Source of the DNA: Pontimonas sp.
Lineage (GTDB): Bacteria; Actinomycetota; Actinomycetes; Actinomycetales; Microbacteriaceae
Length of the DNA: 64,000 nucleotides
Direction of reading: 5' to 3'
NCBI GenBank assembly: GCA_044341675.1
Contig: JBIIRH010000001.1
Span: 15,870 to 79,869, forward strand
Shown: one piece after another, positions 9,963-20,092 of the stretch
Numbering within the stretch: position 1 is the first letter of the stretch
Layout: each line of letters opens with the position of its first letter
Program-made: the position numbers and the translations under genes
The notes under the pieces: generated by a model
What the model was told of the DNA's origin: nothing
Database searches by the model: none
Seen by the model: the letters and a program-made list of their open reading frames with translations, nothing else

Positions 9963-10586
9963 GTGACAGACATTCCCACCACGGTTGAGGGCTTCGAGGG
10001 CGACTACCCGAAGTCCGCTCCCGCTGACCGCCAACTGACTGGCCCGCTCGATGACAGCGAGGCCGGCTCCGTGAAGCCCTCCGTCGATCTGGGAAGTCTG
10101 CGCATCGACCCCAAGCGCGGCATGCAGTTGCGCCTCGAGGTGGAAAAGAGTTCGCAGCGAGTTATCGCTGTGACCCTCGAATATGAAGGCTCAACCCTCC
10201 AGATTCAGCCCTTTGCTGCTCCCCGCTCCAGTGGCCTCTGGCACGGTATCCGGGCGCAGATCATCGACCAGATCACCAAACAGGGTGGTAGGGCACTTGA
10301 GCACGACGGTCCCTTTGGGCCCGAAGTCAATGCAGACGTCCCCGTTCAAGCGGGCAGTTCTTTTAGCTCGAGAAAGGTGCGCTTCGTCGGAATTGACGGT
10401 CCGCGCTGGTTCCTGCGCGGGGTCATTGGTGGCACGGCCGCAACAAACCCCGAGGCAGCCGAGGTGATTCATGCCATGCTGCGCAGCGTTGTCGTGGTGC
10501 GAGGCGAGGTCCCGATGCCGCCAAGAGAACTCTTGCCCCTGAGGGTGCCGACGAATAACGCCCCTGGCGCGACCGAGGAGGTCTAG
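9963..10586 (+). CDS. DUF3710 family protein
   Basis: DLGSLRI, FAAPRSSGLW, RFVGIDGPRWFLRGV, PMPPRELLPL; follows dut. Confidence 0.85.
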   Translation: MTDIPTTVEGFEGDYPKSAPADRQLTGPLDDSEAGSVKPSVDLGSLRIDPKRGMQLRLEVEKSSQRVIAVTLEYEGSTLQIQPFAAPRSSGLWHGIRAQIIDQITKQGGRALEHDGPFGPEVNADVPVQAGSSFSSRKVRFVGIDGPRWFLRGVIGGTAATNPEAAEVIHAMLRSVVVVRGEVPMPPRELLPLRVPTNNAPGATEEV

Positions 10587-10589
10587 CCG

Positions 10590-11273
10590 GTGGAAACACC
10601 CGAGTCGAATCGGGTGGCCAAGGCGCTCGGCGAGTCGGCCTTTGGCACCGTAAGACCGGGTGAAGCGCCCACCAGCGAAGCGCTCTGGGCGGCAGTGGGA
10701 AGGACGCGGGGAGTCATTGAGGCGCTGTTGCCCGGTATTGGCTTTCTCGTTGTTTACACCCTGACTCAGGATCTTGTGTGGTCGGTCAGCGCGCCATTGG
10801 CCGTTGCGGTTGGTTTTATCTTCGCCCGCTTGCTCCAGAAATCCCCGCTGATGCCTGCCCTTGCCGGGCTCGTGGGAATTGCTGCTTCTGCTGGGGTGGC
10901 GCTGTGGTCGGGGCGAGCTGAAGACAATTTCCTGCTCGGTTTTCTCGTCAATGGCCTCTGGGTGGTGGGGCTCCTGGTTTCGCTCGCAGTGCGACGACCA
11001 CTCGTTGGTGTTTTCGCCGCGGTGCTGGTCGGTGATGAGTCGTGGCGCAGTGACCCGGCCACTCGCCGGGTAGCAACGAGCGCGACCTGGCTCTGGGTGG
11101 GTGTGTTCTCGGCGCGCTTGGCCGTGCAGTTGCCGCTCTATTTTGCGGGACAAGTGAGCGCACTGGCGCTCGCCAAACTCATGATGGGAATCCCGCTCTA
11201 TGCAGCAGCACTCTGGTTCACCTGGCTGCTGATGAGGGCGGTTTATCGAGGCCGTGAAGCCAAAGCCCAGTGA
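10590..11273 (+). CDS. DUF3159 family membrane protein
   Basis: Multi-TM, RLAVQLPLYFAG and KLMMGIPLY motifs; conserved after DUF3710. Confidence 0.82.
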   Translation: METPESNRVAKALGESAFGTVRPGEAPTSEALWAAVGRTRGVIEALLPGIGFLVVYTLTQDLVWSVSAPLAVAVGFIFARLLQKSPLMPALAGLVGIAASAGVALWSGRAEDNFLLGFLVNGLWVVGLLVSLAVRRPLVGVFAAVLVGDESWRSDPATRRVATSATWLWVGVFSARLAVQLPLYFAGQVSALALAKLMMGIPLYAAALWFTWLLMRAVYRGREAKAQ

Positions 11274-11280
11274 TAGTATT

Positions 11281-11298
11281 TGTCTTGATGTCAAGATA
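11281..11298. promoter_or_regulatory. Palindromic operator upstream of acnA (TamR/UrtR-like MarR site)
   Basis: TGTCTTGA-TG-TCAAGATA inverted repeat immediately after a TAGTAT -10 hexamer (11274-11279). Confidence 0.6.
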
Positions 11299-11330
11299 AC
11301 TGCGCATTTCGCAGACAAGGAGAATCCCTC

Positions 11331-14021
11331 GTGAGTTCACTCAACAGCTTTGGCGCCAAGGCCACACTGAACGTCGGGGGCAAAGACTTCGAGATTTATC
11401 GCACGAGCAGCGTCGAGGGCCACGAGACGTTGCCGTTCAGCCTCAAAGTGCTCTTAGAGAATCTCCTGCGTACTGAAGACGGCGCCAACATCACCAAGGA
11501 CCAAATCAGTGCGCTGGGCAGTTGGGATCCGAAAGCCGAACCCTCCACCGAGATTCAGTTCACACCAGCACGTGTTGTGTTGCAGGACTTCACCGGTGTT
11601 CCGTGCATCGTGGACCTTGCGACCATGCGCGAGGCAATTGTTGATTTAGGTGGCGACCCCAGCAAAGTGAACCCGCTGTCGCCCGCCGAACTGGTCATCG
11701 ACCACTCGGTTATTGCTGATCTTTTCGGGCAGCCGGACTCCTTCACCCGCAACGTCGACATTGAGTATGAACGAAATGGTGAGCGCTACCAGTTCTTGCG
11801 GTGGGGTCAGACTGCATTCAACAACTTCAAGGTGGTGCCCCCTGGCACCGGAATCGTCCACCAGGTGAACATCGAGAACCTGGCCAAGGTGACCTACACG
11901 AAGGACCTCGGAGGAGTCACCCAAGCCTTCCCCGACACCTGTGTGGGAACCGACTCCCACACCACGATGGTGAATGGTCTCGGTGTTCTGGGTTGGGGTG
12001 TTGGCGGAATCGAAGCCGAGGCGGCCATGCTGGGCCAGCCCGTGTCGATGCTCATTCCTCGCGTTGTGGGATTCAAGCTCACCGGAATGATCCCGGCAGG
12101 CGTCACCGCAACCGACGTGGTTTTGACCATTACTCAGATGCTCCGGGCGCACGGAGTTGTGGGCAAGTTTGTTGAGTTCTACGGAGCTGGCGTTGCTCAC
12201 GTGCCACTGGCGAACCGCGCGACGATTGGAAACATGAGCCCGGAGTTTGGCTCCACGGCGGCAATGTTCCCGATTGACGAGGTCACGCTGGATTACTTGC
12301 GCCTCACCGGCCGCAGTGCAGAGCAGATCGCTTTGGTAGAGGCCTACTCCAAAGAGCAGGGCCTCTGGCACGACCCCGCCATTGAGCCTCGCTACAGCGA
12401 ATACATGGAGCTTGATCTTCAGACTGTCGTGCCGAGCATTGCTGGGCCTCGCAGACCCCAGGATCGTATTGCTTTGGATCACGCCCAGGATCAGTTCCAC
12501 AAGGACCTGGAGGGCTTCTTGTCCAAGGAAACCGCAACCACGGGCGTCCCTGTGACGGTCGGGGGTTCGAACTTCGAGTTGGAAAACGGTGCGGTCACCA
12601 TCGCAGCAATCACATCGTGCACCAACACCTCAAACCCCTCGGTGATGTTGGCCGCGGGTTTGCTCGCACGCAACGCTGCTAAGAAGGGCCTGAAATCCAA
12701 GCCCTGGGTCAAAACAACTCTCGCTCCCGGCTCGAAAGTGGTCACCGACTACTACGAGAAGGCGGGGCTGATGGATGACCTGGAAGCTCTTGGCTTCTAT
12801 CTGGTCGGCTATGGCTGCACCACCTGCATTGGTAACTCCGGCCCGCTCGCCGATGAGATCTCGCAGGCCATCAACGACAACGACCTTGCGGTTACTGCGG
12901 TGCTCTCGGGTAACCGGAACTTTGAGGGTCGGATTAATCCAGACGTGAAGATGAACTACCTCGCAAGTCCACCCCTCGTCATTGCCTACGCTCTGGCCGG
13001 CACGATGGACTTCGATTTCGATGCTCAGCCCCTCGGCCAAGATCAGCAGGGCAAGGATGTCTTCCTGGCCGATGTGTGGCCGGATGCCGCTGAGGTTCAA
13101 GCCACCATCGACTCGTCGATCGACACCGACATGTTCCTCAAGCAGTACGCGAGTGTGTTCGATGGTGATGACCGCTGGCGCTCATTGCCCACTCCCACCG
13201 GTGACACGTTTGAGTGGGATGAGGCATCGACCTATGTCAGAAAACCCCCGTATTTCGAGGGTATGACCAAGGCGCCGGCGGCGGTCACCGACATTTCCGG
13301 AGCCCGGGTTCTCGCTTTGCTGGGTGATTCTGTCACCACCGACCACATCAGCCCCGCTGGTTCGATCAAGGCCGACAGTCCTGCCGGTCGTTACCTCAGC
13401 GACCGCGGAATCGACCGCTTGGACTTCAACTCCTATGGTTCTCGCCGCGGAAACCACGAGGTCATGATTCGCGGAACATTCGCGAATATCCGCCTGAAGA
13501 ACCTCCTGCTGCAGGGCGTTGAAGGCGGCTTCACGAGGGACTTCACCACAACCGACGGTTCACAGGCGACCATCTACGACGCCTCGGAGAGCTATGCCGC
13601 TGGCAGAACACCGCTCGTGATCCTTGCCGGCAAAGAGTACGGCTCTGGATCCTCCAGGGACTGGGCGGCAAAGGGCACGAGTCTCCTGGGTGTTCGCGCA
13701 GTGATCGCCGAGAGCTTCGAGCGCATCCACCGATCAAACTTGATTGGCATGGGCGTTGTTCCCCTGCAGTTCCCGGGTGGTCAGAACGCCTCATCGCTGG
13801 GCTTGGATGGCACGGAAGAGTTCAGCATTGAGGGCATCGTTGCCCTCAATGACGGTCCTGTTCCCGCCACGCTCCGAGTGAGCGCCAACCCCACCGATCA
13901 CTCGGCGGCGGGCAAGGCACCGGTTACCTTCGACGCGGTGGTCCGTATTGACACCCCCGCGGAGGCTGACTACTACCGAAACGGTGGAATCCTCCAGTAC
14001 GTGCTGCGTTCTTTGCTCTAG
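11331..14021 (+). CDS. acnA: Aconitate hydratase A
   Basis: [55 protein letters not shown]. Confidence 0.97.
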   Translation: MSSLNSFGAKATLNVGGKDFEIYRTSSVEGHETLPFSLKVLLENLLRTEDGANITKDQISALGSWDPKAEPSTEIQFTPARVVLQDFTGVPCIVDLATMREAIVDLGGDPSKVNPLSPAELVIDHSVIADLFGQPDSFTRNVDIEYERNGERYQFLRWGQTAFNNFKVVPPGTGIVHQVNIENLAKVTYTKDLGGVTQAFPDTCVGTDSHTTMVNGLGVLGWGVGGIEAEAAMLGQPVSMLIPRVVGFKLTGMIPAGVTATDVVLTITQMLRAHGVVGKFVEFYGAGVAHVPLANRATIGNMSPEFGSTAAMFPIDEVTLDYLRLTGRSAEQIALVEAYSKEQGLWHDPAIEPRYSEYMELDLQTVVPSIAGPRRPQDRIALDHAQDQFHKDLEGFLSKETATTGVPVTVGGSNFELENGAVTIAAITSCTNTSNPSVMLAAGLLARNAAKKGLKSKPWVKTTLAPGSKVVTDYYEKAGLMDDLEALGFYLVGYGCTTCIGNSGPLADEISQAINDNDLAVTAVLSGNRNFEGRINPDVKMNYLASPPLVIAYALAGTMDFDFDAQPLGQDQQGKDVFLADVWPDAAEVQATIDSSIDTDMFLKQYASVFDGDDRWRSLPTPTGDTFEWDEASTYVRKPPYFEGMTKAPAAVTDISGARVLALLGDSVTTDHISPAGSIKADSPAGRYLSDRGIDRLDFNSYGSRRGNHEVMIRGTFANIRLKNLLLQGVEGGFTRDFTTTDGSQATIYDASESYAAGRTPLVILAGKEYGSGSSRDWAAKGTSLLGVRAVIAESFERIHRSNLIGMGVVPLQFPGGQNASSLGLDGTEEFSIEGIVALNDGPVPATLRVSANPTDHSAAGKAPVTFDAVVRIDTPAEADYYRNGGILQYVLRSLL

Positions 14022-14078
14022 GCGAGGCCACAGCTTGCCGGTTGGCACCTCCCAAGTCTTAGGTCGTAGGCTTAGGGC

Positions 14079-16040
14079 ATGTCGTTGTTGAGCTCAATTT
14101 CCACCCCCCGGGACCTGGATGCTTTGAGTTCCGCCCAACTCGACGAGCTAGCGGACGAGATTCGGCAATTCCTCATCACCGAGGTTGCAAAGTCCGGCGG
14201 GCACTTGGGCCCAAACCTTGGTGTGGTGGAGCTGACCATTGCTTTGCACCGAGTTTTTGATTCGCCCAGGGACCCCTTCATCTGGGACACCGGACACCAA
14301 TCGTATGTTCACAAGCTCCTGACCGGGCGCCAAGACTTCTCGGGGCTTCGCCAAAAAGGCGGCCTTGCCGGTTACCCACAACGCTCCGAGTCGGAGCACG
14401 ACATTGTTGAGAGCTCCCACGCGTCGAGCTCCTTGAGCTGGGCCGAAGGAATCTCTCGCGCTTTTCACATGACCGGCGAGCGCGACCGCTATGTGGTCGC
14501 CGTTGTCGGGGATGGTTCGCTCACCGGTGGCATGACGTGGGAGGCGCTCAACAACATTTCCCACGACAACGAGCGCAATCTCATCATCGTGGTCAACGAC
14601 AATGGCCGCTCCTATGCACCGACCATCGGGGGCATGGCCAGGTTCCTCGGCAATGTCCGCGCCAAGGGCTCTTATCGGGTCTTCAAATCCACCGCGGAGC
14701 GATTCTTTGGCCTCTTTGGCGCCCCAGGAAAGGCTGTGTTCCGGGGGTTGCGTGGTGGTACCCGTGGCTTCCTGTCTCGTTTTGCCAACAACGACCACCT
14801 GTATTCGAACCTCGATATCAAGTACTTGGGTCCAGTCGATGGCCACAACATCGAGGATGTTGAGCGAGCGCTTCGTCAAGCCAAAGCGCGCAAAGCTCCG
14901 GTCATTGTTCACGTCATTACCCAAAAGGGTCGCGGTTACCAACCGGCCCTTGACGATGAGGCCGATCAGTTCCACGCGGTGGGCCAGATTGACCCCCTTA
15001 CCGGAGAGAACCGAGAGTCCTCCAACACGATGTCGTGGACTGGGGTGTTCGGCGACGAGATGCTGCATATCGCGGGGGAGAACGACAAGGTAGTGGGAAT
15101 CACCGCTGCCATGCTGCGGCCCACAGGCCTGCACCGCATGGCAGCTCAGTATCCCGAGCGGGTGCTCGATGTTGGTATTGCCGAACAGCACGCCGTCGCA
15201 AGTGCGGCAGGACTCGCTTACGGCGGTATGCACCCGGTCGTTGCCGTCTATGCCACGTTTATCAACCGCGCATTTGATCAGGTGCTCATGGATGTCGCGC
15301 TTCACAAAGCGGGTGTCACATTTGTATTGGACCGAGCTGGCGTCACCGGCCCCGATGGCCCCAGTCACCACGGCATGTGGGATCTCTCGATCCTCCAGGT
15401 GGTTCCGGGTATCCGCTTGGCGGCTCCGAGAGATGCCAAGCGCTTACGCGAAGAACTTAAAGAAGCCATTGCCATCGATGATGCGCCCACAGTGTTGCGG
15501 TTCCCGAAAGGATCTGTCGCACCAGAGTTGGAGGCGCTGCGGCGGACCAAGGACGGAGTCGATGTTCTCGCGGAGGCTGCACACAAGGACGTCCTGATTG
15601 TTGCTGTTGGCCCGATGGCGCACTTAGCTCTTGAGGTGCGCGAGCGCTTGGCGGATCAGGGTATTGGTGCCACCGTCATTGACCCACGCTGGGTAGTTCC
15701 AGTAGCACCGAGCATCATCACGATGGCGAGAGACCACCGCATTGTCATCAGCATTGAAGATGGTATCCGAGTCGGCGGCGTGGGCACAAGAATCCGCCAA
15801 GAACTTCGGGCCGCTGGAGTAGACACCGCAGTGGATGAAATCGGGCTCCCCGATCAGTTCCTTGACCATGCTGAGCGCTCTGAGATACTCACTGCTGTCG
15901 GACTCACGTCCCAGACCATCGCCCGCAATGTCGTGGCGCAGGTGCTCGGCATGAAAGTCCCGGTCGCACGCCCCCTGCCGGCGGAGAGCTCCGGCGACAC
16001 AGCGATCACTGCTCACCCTGAAACCGAGAACCGGCGGTAA
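14079..16040 (+). CDS. dxs: 1-deoxy-D-xylulose-5-phosphate synthase
   Basis: GGHLGPNLGVVEL, WDTGHQSYVHK, GDGSLTGGMTWEALNN, GIAEQHA, DRAGVTGPDGPSHHG. Confidence 0.97.
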   Translation: MSLLSSISTPRDLDALSSAQLDELADEIRQFLITEVAKSGGHLGPNLGVVELTIALHRVFDSPRDPFIWDTGHQSYVHKLLTGRQDFSGLRQKGGLAGYPQRSESEHDIVESSHASSSLSWAEGISRAFHMTGERDRYVVAVVGDGSLTGGMTWEALNNISHDNERNLIIVVNDNGRSYAPTIGGMARFLGNVRAKGSYRVFKSTAERFFGLFGAPGKAVFRGLRGGTRGFLSRFANNDHLYSNLDIKYLGPVDGHNIEDVERALRQAKARKAPVIVHVITQKGRGYQPALDDEADQFHAVGQIDPLTGENRESSNTMSWTGVFGDEMLHIAGENDKVVGITAAMLRPTGLHRMAAQYPERVLDVGIAEQHAVASAAGLAYGGMHPVVAVYATFINRAFDQVLMDVALHKAGVTFVLDRAGVTGPDGPSHHGMWDLSILQVVPGIRLAAPRDAKRLREELKEAIAIDDAPTVLRFPKGSVAPELEALRRTKDGVDVLAEAAHKDVLIVAVGPMAHLALEVRERLADQGIGATVIDPRWVVPVAPSIITMARDHRIVISIEDGIRVGGVGTRIRQELRAAGVDTAVDEIGLPDQFLDHAERSEILTAVGLTSQTIARNVVAQVLGMKVPVARPLPAESSGDTAITAHPETENRR

Positions 16041-16060
16041 CTTCCTGCTGAACCCTCGTA

Positions 16061-17302
16061 CTACTGGGGTTCGTTGGAGGGTGGTTCGGCTTCGCCGGCG
16101 TCCCGAAATGCCTCGCTGAGAGCTTGCGCAACAATATCCACCTGCCACACCCTGGCGCCCCTGTCGAGAAGCGCTTGGCGTATTCCTGAGGCAGAGATGT
16201 CGGTGGGCGCATCCCAGCAGAGCCTGCGGAGAAAATCCGGGGTGAGCAGGTTCTCGGAGGGAATCGATTGCTCCTGACTAAGGCGGGTGAGTTCTTCTTT
16301 AGACGCGTTCAAGCGAGCCCACGCCACAGGGTTCTTCTCCTGCCAGACCCGGGGAGGCGGAGGGCCCTCGGATGTTGAGCGTGCTTCTGGGAGGCTTTCC
16401 GTTGTGCGCCCTCGTTCGATGGCGTCCCACCAGCGGTCCAGTTCTGATCGTGAGGCCCTGCCGTTGAAAGACTTGAGTCCTGCCAGCTCTCTCTTGGTGG
16501 GAGGGTCTGCCAAGACCGCTGCCACAAGGGCACGGTCGGGGACCAGTCGACCCGGTGCTGTGTCAATCGCTTCGGCGTATGACTCACGGGTCTCCCACAA
16601 CTCGCGGGCAATCGCGAGCTTTCTGGGTCCACGAATCTGGTGGAGACCAGAAAGCCTGCGCCAGGGTTCCGACCGGGGAGTGTTAGGGGTGAGAGACAGT
16701 TGGGCCTGGAACTCCTCGGCGGCAATGCCCCATTTATCTTGCTCGGAGAGTATGCGGTGAATTTCGTCGCGAACCTGGGGGAGGTATTCCACGTCCAAGG
16801 CCGCATAGGTCAACCACGGTGCAGGAAGTGGGCGGGTTGACCAGTCTGCGGCGGAGTGTTCTTTGGCGAGGCTGAGGCCAAGGACATCTTCCATGACACC
16901 TTGGAGTCCGACCCGGGGGAGACCCGCGAGCCTGGCGCCGAGTTCAGTGTCAAAAAGCGTCACGGGGTTCACCCCGGCTTCACGAAGGCAGGGAAGGTCT
17001 TGGTGGGCCGCGTGAATAATCCATTCGAGGTCTGAGAGTTCATGCGTTATGTCATCAAGAGCCCCCACGCCCACGGGGTCAATCAGATAGTTGGGCGTTC
17101 CCTGCCGGTGTGCCTGAACCAGGTATGCCCGAGAGGAATAGCGGAAGCCACTGGCGCGCTCAGCGTCGAGGGCGAGTGGACCTGAACCCTCCAGCAGGCC
17201 ATCCAGAGCGTGGCGGAAGGCGGTTCGGTCCTCGACGAGGACAATGGGCGCTTGGGCAATAGCGGGTGGGAGCGGAGGAGTCTCTTCTAAGGTTTCGCTC
17301 AT
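16061..17302 (-). CDS. rnd: Ribonuclease D (DEDD exonuclease plus HRDC)
   Basis: LDAERASGFRY, HAAHQDL, FDTEL, SAADWSTRPL, YAALDVE; start MSETLEE. Confidence 0.92.
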   Translation of the reverse strand: MSETLEETPPLPPAIAQAPIVLVEDRTAFRHALDGLLEGSGPLALDAERASGFRYSSRAYLVQAHRQGTPNYLIDPVGVGALDDITHELSDLEWIIHAAHQDLPCLREAGVNPVTLFDTELGARLAGLPRVGLQGVMEDVLGLSLAKEHSAADWSTRPLPAPWLTYAALDVEYLPQVRDEIHRILSEQDKWGIAAEEFQAQLSLTPNTPRSEPWRRLSGLHQIRGPRKLAIARELWETRESYAEAIDTAPGRLVPDRALVAAVLADPPTKRELAGLKSFNGRASRSELDRWWDAIERGRTTESLPEARSTSEGPPPPRVWQEKNPVAWARLNASKEELTRLSQEQSIPSENLLTPDFLRRLCWDAPTDISASGIRQALLDRGARVWQVDIVAQALSEAFRDAGEAEPPSNEPQ

Positions 17303-17892
17303 GGGGCCGAGCGTTGCGGCGGCAGGGCTGCCACTCCATCGGGGGTGGGTGGGAAACCTGCCAGCATGCAGAGAAACTCTGACCATGCCTCGAGATGAGG
17401 CTTGAGGTCACTGGACGTTGGGCTCCAGGAGGCGCGAACTTCAACCTGGGCGCCCTGACGATCGCCCGCGAGTTCGCCAAATCCTGTGGAGAGCACGGTC
17501 GTGGTGGTGCCAGCCGCGTGGTCATAGGCAGCACCGCGGATATCCAGTGCATCCATGAGCCACGACCAGGCGACATTCGGCAGAAATTGGTCAGCACCCA
17601 TCGACGGGTCAACGGGAGCTTGGGCGAAGACCACCATGCGATACGCCGAGCCCCAGGCTTCTGGACGCTCCGGGTCGCACAAAAACACGAGACGCCCCGT
17701 TCCATATTCCTCGTCCGAGGTGGTCTGGGAGGGCTCAACGTCGGCGGCCCACGCCAACTGGTAAGGGGCCAGACCCTCGGGCGCAGCCGTTTCCACCACA
17801 CGAAGCTCAGGCCGGAGCGTTGCCTGTGCTGCCGAGGCGACAGCGTCACTGAACTCCTTGGGCACCTCTCCTGCGGGGGCAGCCTGAATCAT
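17299..17892 (-). CDS. DUF3000 family protein
   Basis: GTGRLVFLCDP..PEAWG, VAWSWL, EVRASWSP, AGFPP; overlaps the rnd start. Confidence 0.85.
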   Translation of the reverse strand: MIQAAPAGEVPKEFSDAVASAAQATLRPELRVVETAAPEGLAPYQLAWAADVEPSQTTSDEEYGTGRLVFLCDPERPEAWGSAYRMVVFAQAPVDPSMGADQFLPNVAWSWLMDALDIRGAAYDHAAGTTTTVLSTGFGELAGDRQGAQVEVRASWSPTSSDLKPHLEAWSEFLCMLAGFPPTPDGVAALPPQRSAP

Positions 17893-17896
17893 GTTT

Positions 17897-18649
17897 TTAG
17901 CGTAAAGCGCTGGAGTCACGGAGGCCCGAGGGCGCGCCGCGGATGCCGGTTTGGTAGCGGTGGTAGAGCATCTTGGCATCATCGGTCATCAACGAGGTCA
18001 GCTGCCACGAAGACGTGTCCAGCGGCCACCACGAGGGAATTCCCCGGTGGTGGTCATTCGGAGGCGGGGCAACGGACAGGGCCACTTCGTCAATCAGGTC
18101 AACCCAGGATTCCCAAATGCTGCGGCCTCCCTCCAAGAGGAACGTCTTTGCGCCGAGTCTCTCGCGCAGCGCGTTGCGAACCTCTGTCGCCGGAATAAAG
18201 CCCTCGCCATCTATTGTGATGATCTCTGCCGTGATGTCGCCCAGTGTCTCCTGAACTGTGGCAGCGGCCCCAGGTCGTGTGACAACGACTAATTGGCTCC
18301 CCGGCGTGACCAGGAGCTGGTGCCCGCTTAAGTCACCGGAGGTCGTGACGACCGCCAGGGGAGTGGTCTGCGGAACGGGAATGCGTTCACGCCTGGCTGT
18401 TGTTGCACCCATCACAATCACGTCAAATGCAGCGCGCTGGAGCCCAAGAAGTTTCCGGTCCACACCTGAGGTAAGGCTGCCGCTCGTGCCATCCAGGCCT
18501 TCTGTGTCGCCAAGCGCGTTAGTGACCAGGACGGCCCTTACCCAAGCGGTGGCCGGAGGGGCGAGATCAGCAGCAACTGGTGCCAGGTCAGATTCATCAC
18601 CGAGGTCGAATGCTTGGGGTGGCGGTGGGAGCACCCGGTAGAGATTCAC
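17897..18649 (-). CDS. RibD C-terminal / dihydrofolate reductase-family protein
   Basis: GTSGSLTSGVDR, DVIVMGATTARRE, LLEGG, DEVALSVAP. Confidence 0.78.
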   Translation of the reverse strand: MNLYRVLPPPPQAFDLGDESDLAPVAADLAPPATAWVRAVLVTNALGDTEGLDGTSGSLTSGVDRKLLGLQRAAFDVIVMGATTARRERIPVPQTTPLAVVTTSGDLSGHQLLVTPGSQLVVVTRPGAAATVQETLGDITAEIITIDGEGFIPATEVRNALRERLGAKTFLLEGGRSIWESWVDLIDEVALSVAPPPNDHHRGIPSWWPLDTSSWQLTSLMTDDAKMLYHRYQTGIRGAPSGLRDSSALR

Positions 18650-19087
18650 TCAGGACAGGCTCTCGTCAACCTGGCGCTTGATACGCCACAACATCCCCGA
18701 CATTCCTCGGAGGCGAAGCATGCTCACGGCGTTTTGGAGTCCGAGAAGCAGAGGAAAATCAGCAGGAACCGCCTTTACCTGCTCAGGGGTCATGCCGCGA
18801 AGACCATGAACCAAGATGGAAGCAAATCCCCTCGTGGTCGGAGCTTCAGCGGGGGCCGTTGCGTGGACCACCACAACGTCCGGGGTCGCATCAACCGAGA
18901 TGAAGACAGGGGACTGGCATTCCTCTACTCGCTCCCATTCGTCGGAGGCAACCAACCCTTCTGGGACTTCCGGGAGGGAATCGGAGAACTCCAGCAGAAG
19001 CTGAAGTCGGTCAGGAACGTCCAAGGCGAGGAAATCATCGCGAATCGCCTGGAGGGAGGGCGGCAGGGCTGCCACGGTGTCGCCCAT
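18650..19087 (-). CDS. sufE: SufE family sulfur-acceptor protein
   Basis: RLQLLLEFS, RVEECQSPVF (Cys), EAPTTRGFASIL, LRLRGM. Confidence 0.9.
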   Translation of the reverse strand: MGDTVAALPPSLQAIRDDFLALDVPDRLQLLLEFSDSLPEVPEGLVASDEWERVEECQSPVFISVDATPDVVVVHATAPAEAPTTRGFASILVHGLRGMTPEQVKAVPADFPLLLGLQNAVSMLRLRGMSGMLWRIKRQVDESLS

Positions 19088-19089
19088 GG

Positions 19090-19983
19090 TTAGGGGGCAA
19101 CGCCTGGCAGATCGCCGGTTGCAATGGGGACGCGCACAGCGCTTCCCCATTCTGTCCAGGAACCGTCGTAGTTGCGCACAGAGTCGACACCGAGCAGATA
19201 CTTCAGAACGAACCAGGTGTGGCTCGAGCGCTCTCCAATGCGGCAATAAGTAATGACGTCGTCAGAGGCCTTGATTCCCTGTCCCTCGAGGTAAAGCTCA
19301 ACAAGAGCGGCGTGGGGCTTGAAGGTTCCGTCCTCTGCCGCTGCTTTCGCCCAGGGGACGCTACGCGCGGTGGGAATGTGACCGCCGCGCAAGGCGCCTT
19401 CTTCAGGATATGAAGGCATGTGAGTGCGTTCGCCGCTGAACTCTTCGGGGCTTCGGACGTCAATCATCGGCTTCCCAAAGTGTCCGAGGACGTCTTCCTT
19501 GAACGCGCGGATCTCTGAATCATTGCGCTCAACCGCCGGATAAACAGAGGCCGGCCGGGTCGGAAGCTCCTTCGTGAGCTCGCGCCCCTGCGCGACCCAT
19601 GCATCACGGCCGCCGTTGAGAAGCCGAACATCCGTGTGACCAAAGAGCGTGAAGACCCACAGAGCGTAGGCTGCCCACCAGTTGCTCTTGTCTCCATAAA
19701 TGACGACGGTATCGTCACGAGAAATTCCCTTGCGTGACATCAGGGCTGCAAATCCTCCGCCATCGACATAGTCGCGAACGACTGGGTCATTAAGCTCGGT
19801 GTGCCAATCGACCTTGATTGCCCCTGGAATGTGGCCGGTCTCATAGAGCAGCACGTCTTCGTTTGATTCGACAATCGCCAGACCTGGAGATGACAGGTTG
19901 TCGGCAAGCCACGCGGTTGTCACCAGACGCTCGGGGTTTGCGTAGTCCGCAAGCTCGGGGGAGGGATCAGCGGGAAGGCTCAC
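19090..19983 (-). CDS. sseA: Thiosulfate sulfurtransferase (tandem rhodanese)
   Basis: [39 protein letters not shown]. Confidence 0.93.
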   Translation of the reverse strand: MSLPADPSPELADYANPERLVTTAWLADNLSSPGLAIVESNEDVLLYETGHIPGAIKVDWHTELNDPVVRDYVDGGGFAALMSRKGISRDDTVVIYGDKSNWWAAYALWVFTLFGHTDVRLLNGGRDAWVAQGRELTKELPTRPASVYPAVERNDSEIRAFKEDVLGHFGKPMIDVRSPEEFSGERTHMPSYPEEGALRGGHIPTARSVPWAKAAAEDGTFKPHAALVELYLEGQGIKASDDVITYCRIGERSSHTWFVLKYLLGVDSVRNYDGSWTEWGSAVRVPIATGDLPGVAP

Positions 19984-20092
19984 AGTGGAACTCCTTGGGT
20001 AGTACACGTGATCGGATGGTCCAGGCCGGTACGCTGGAACCTGGTGCCTATTCTCGCACTCGCCCCTGAACGTTGTCGCCGAATGCTACGAA

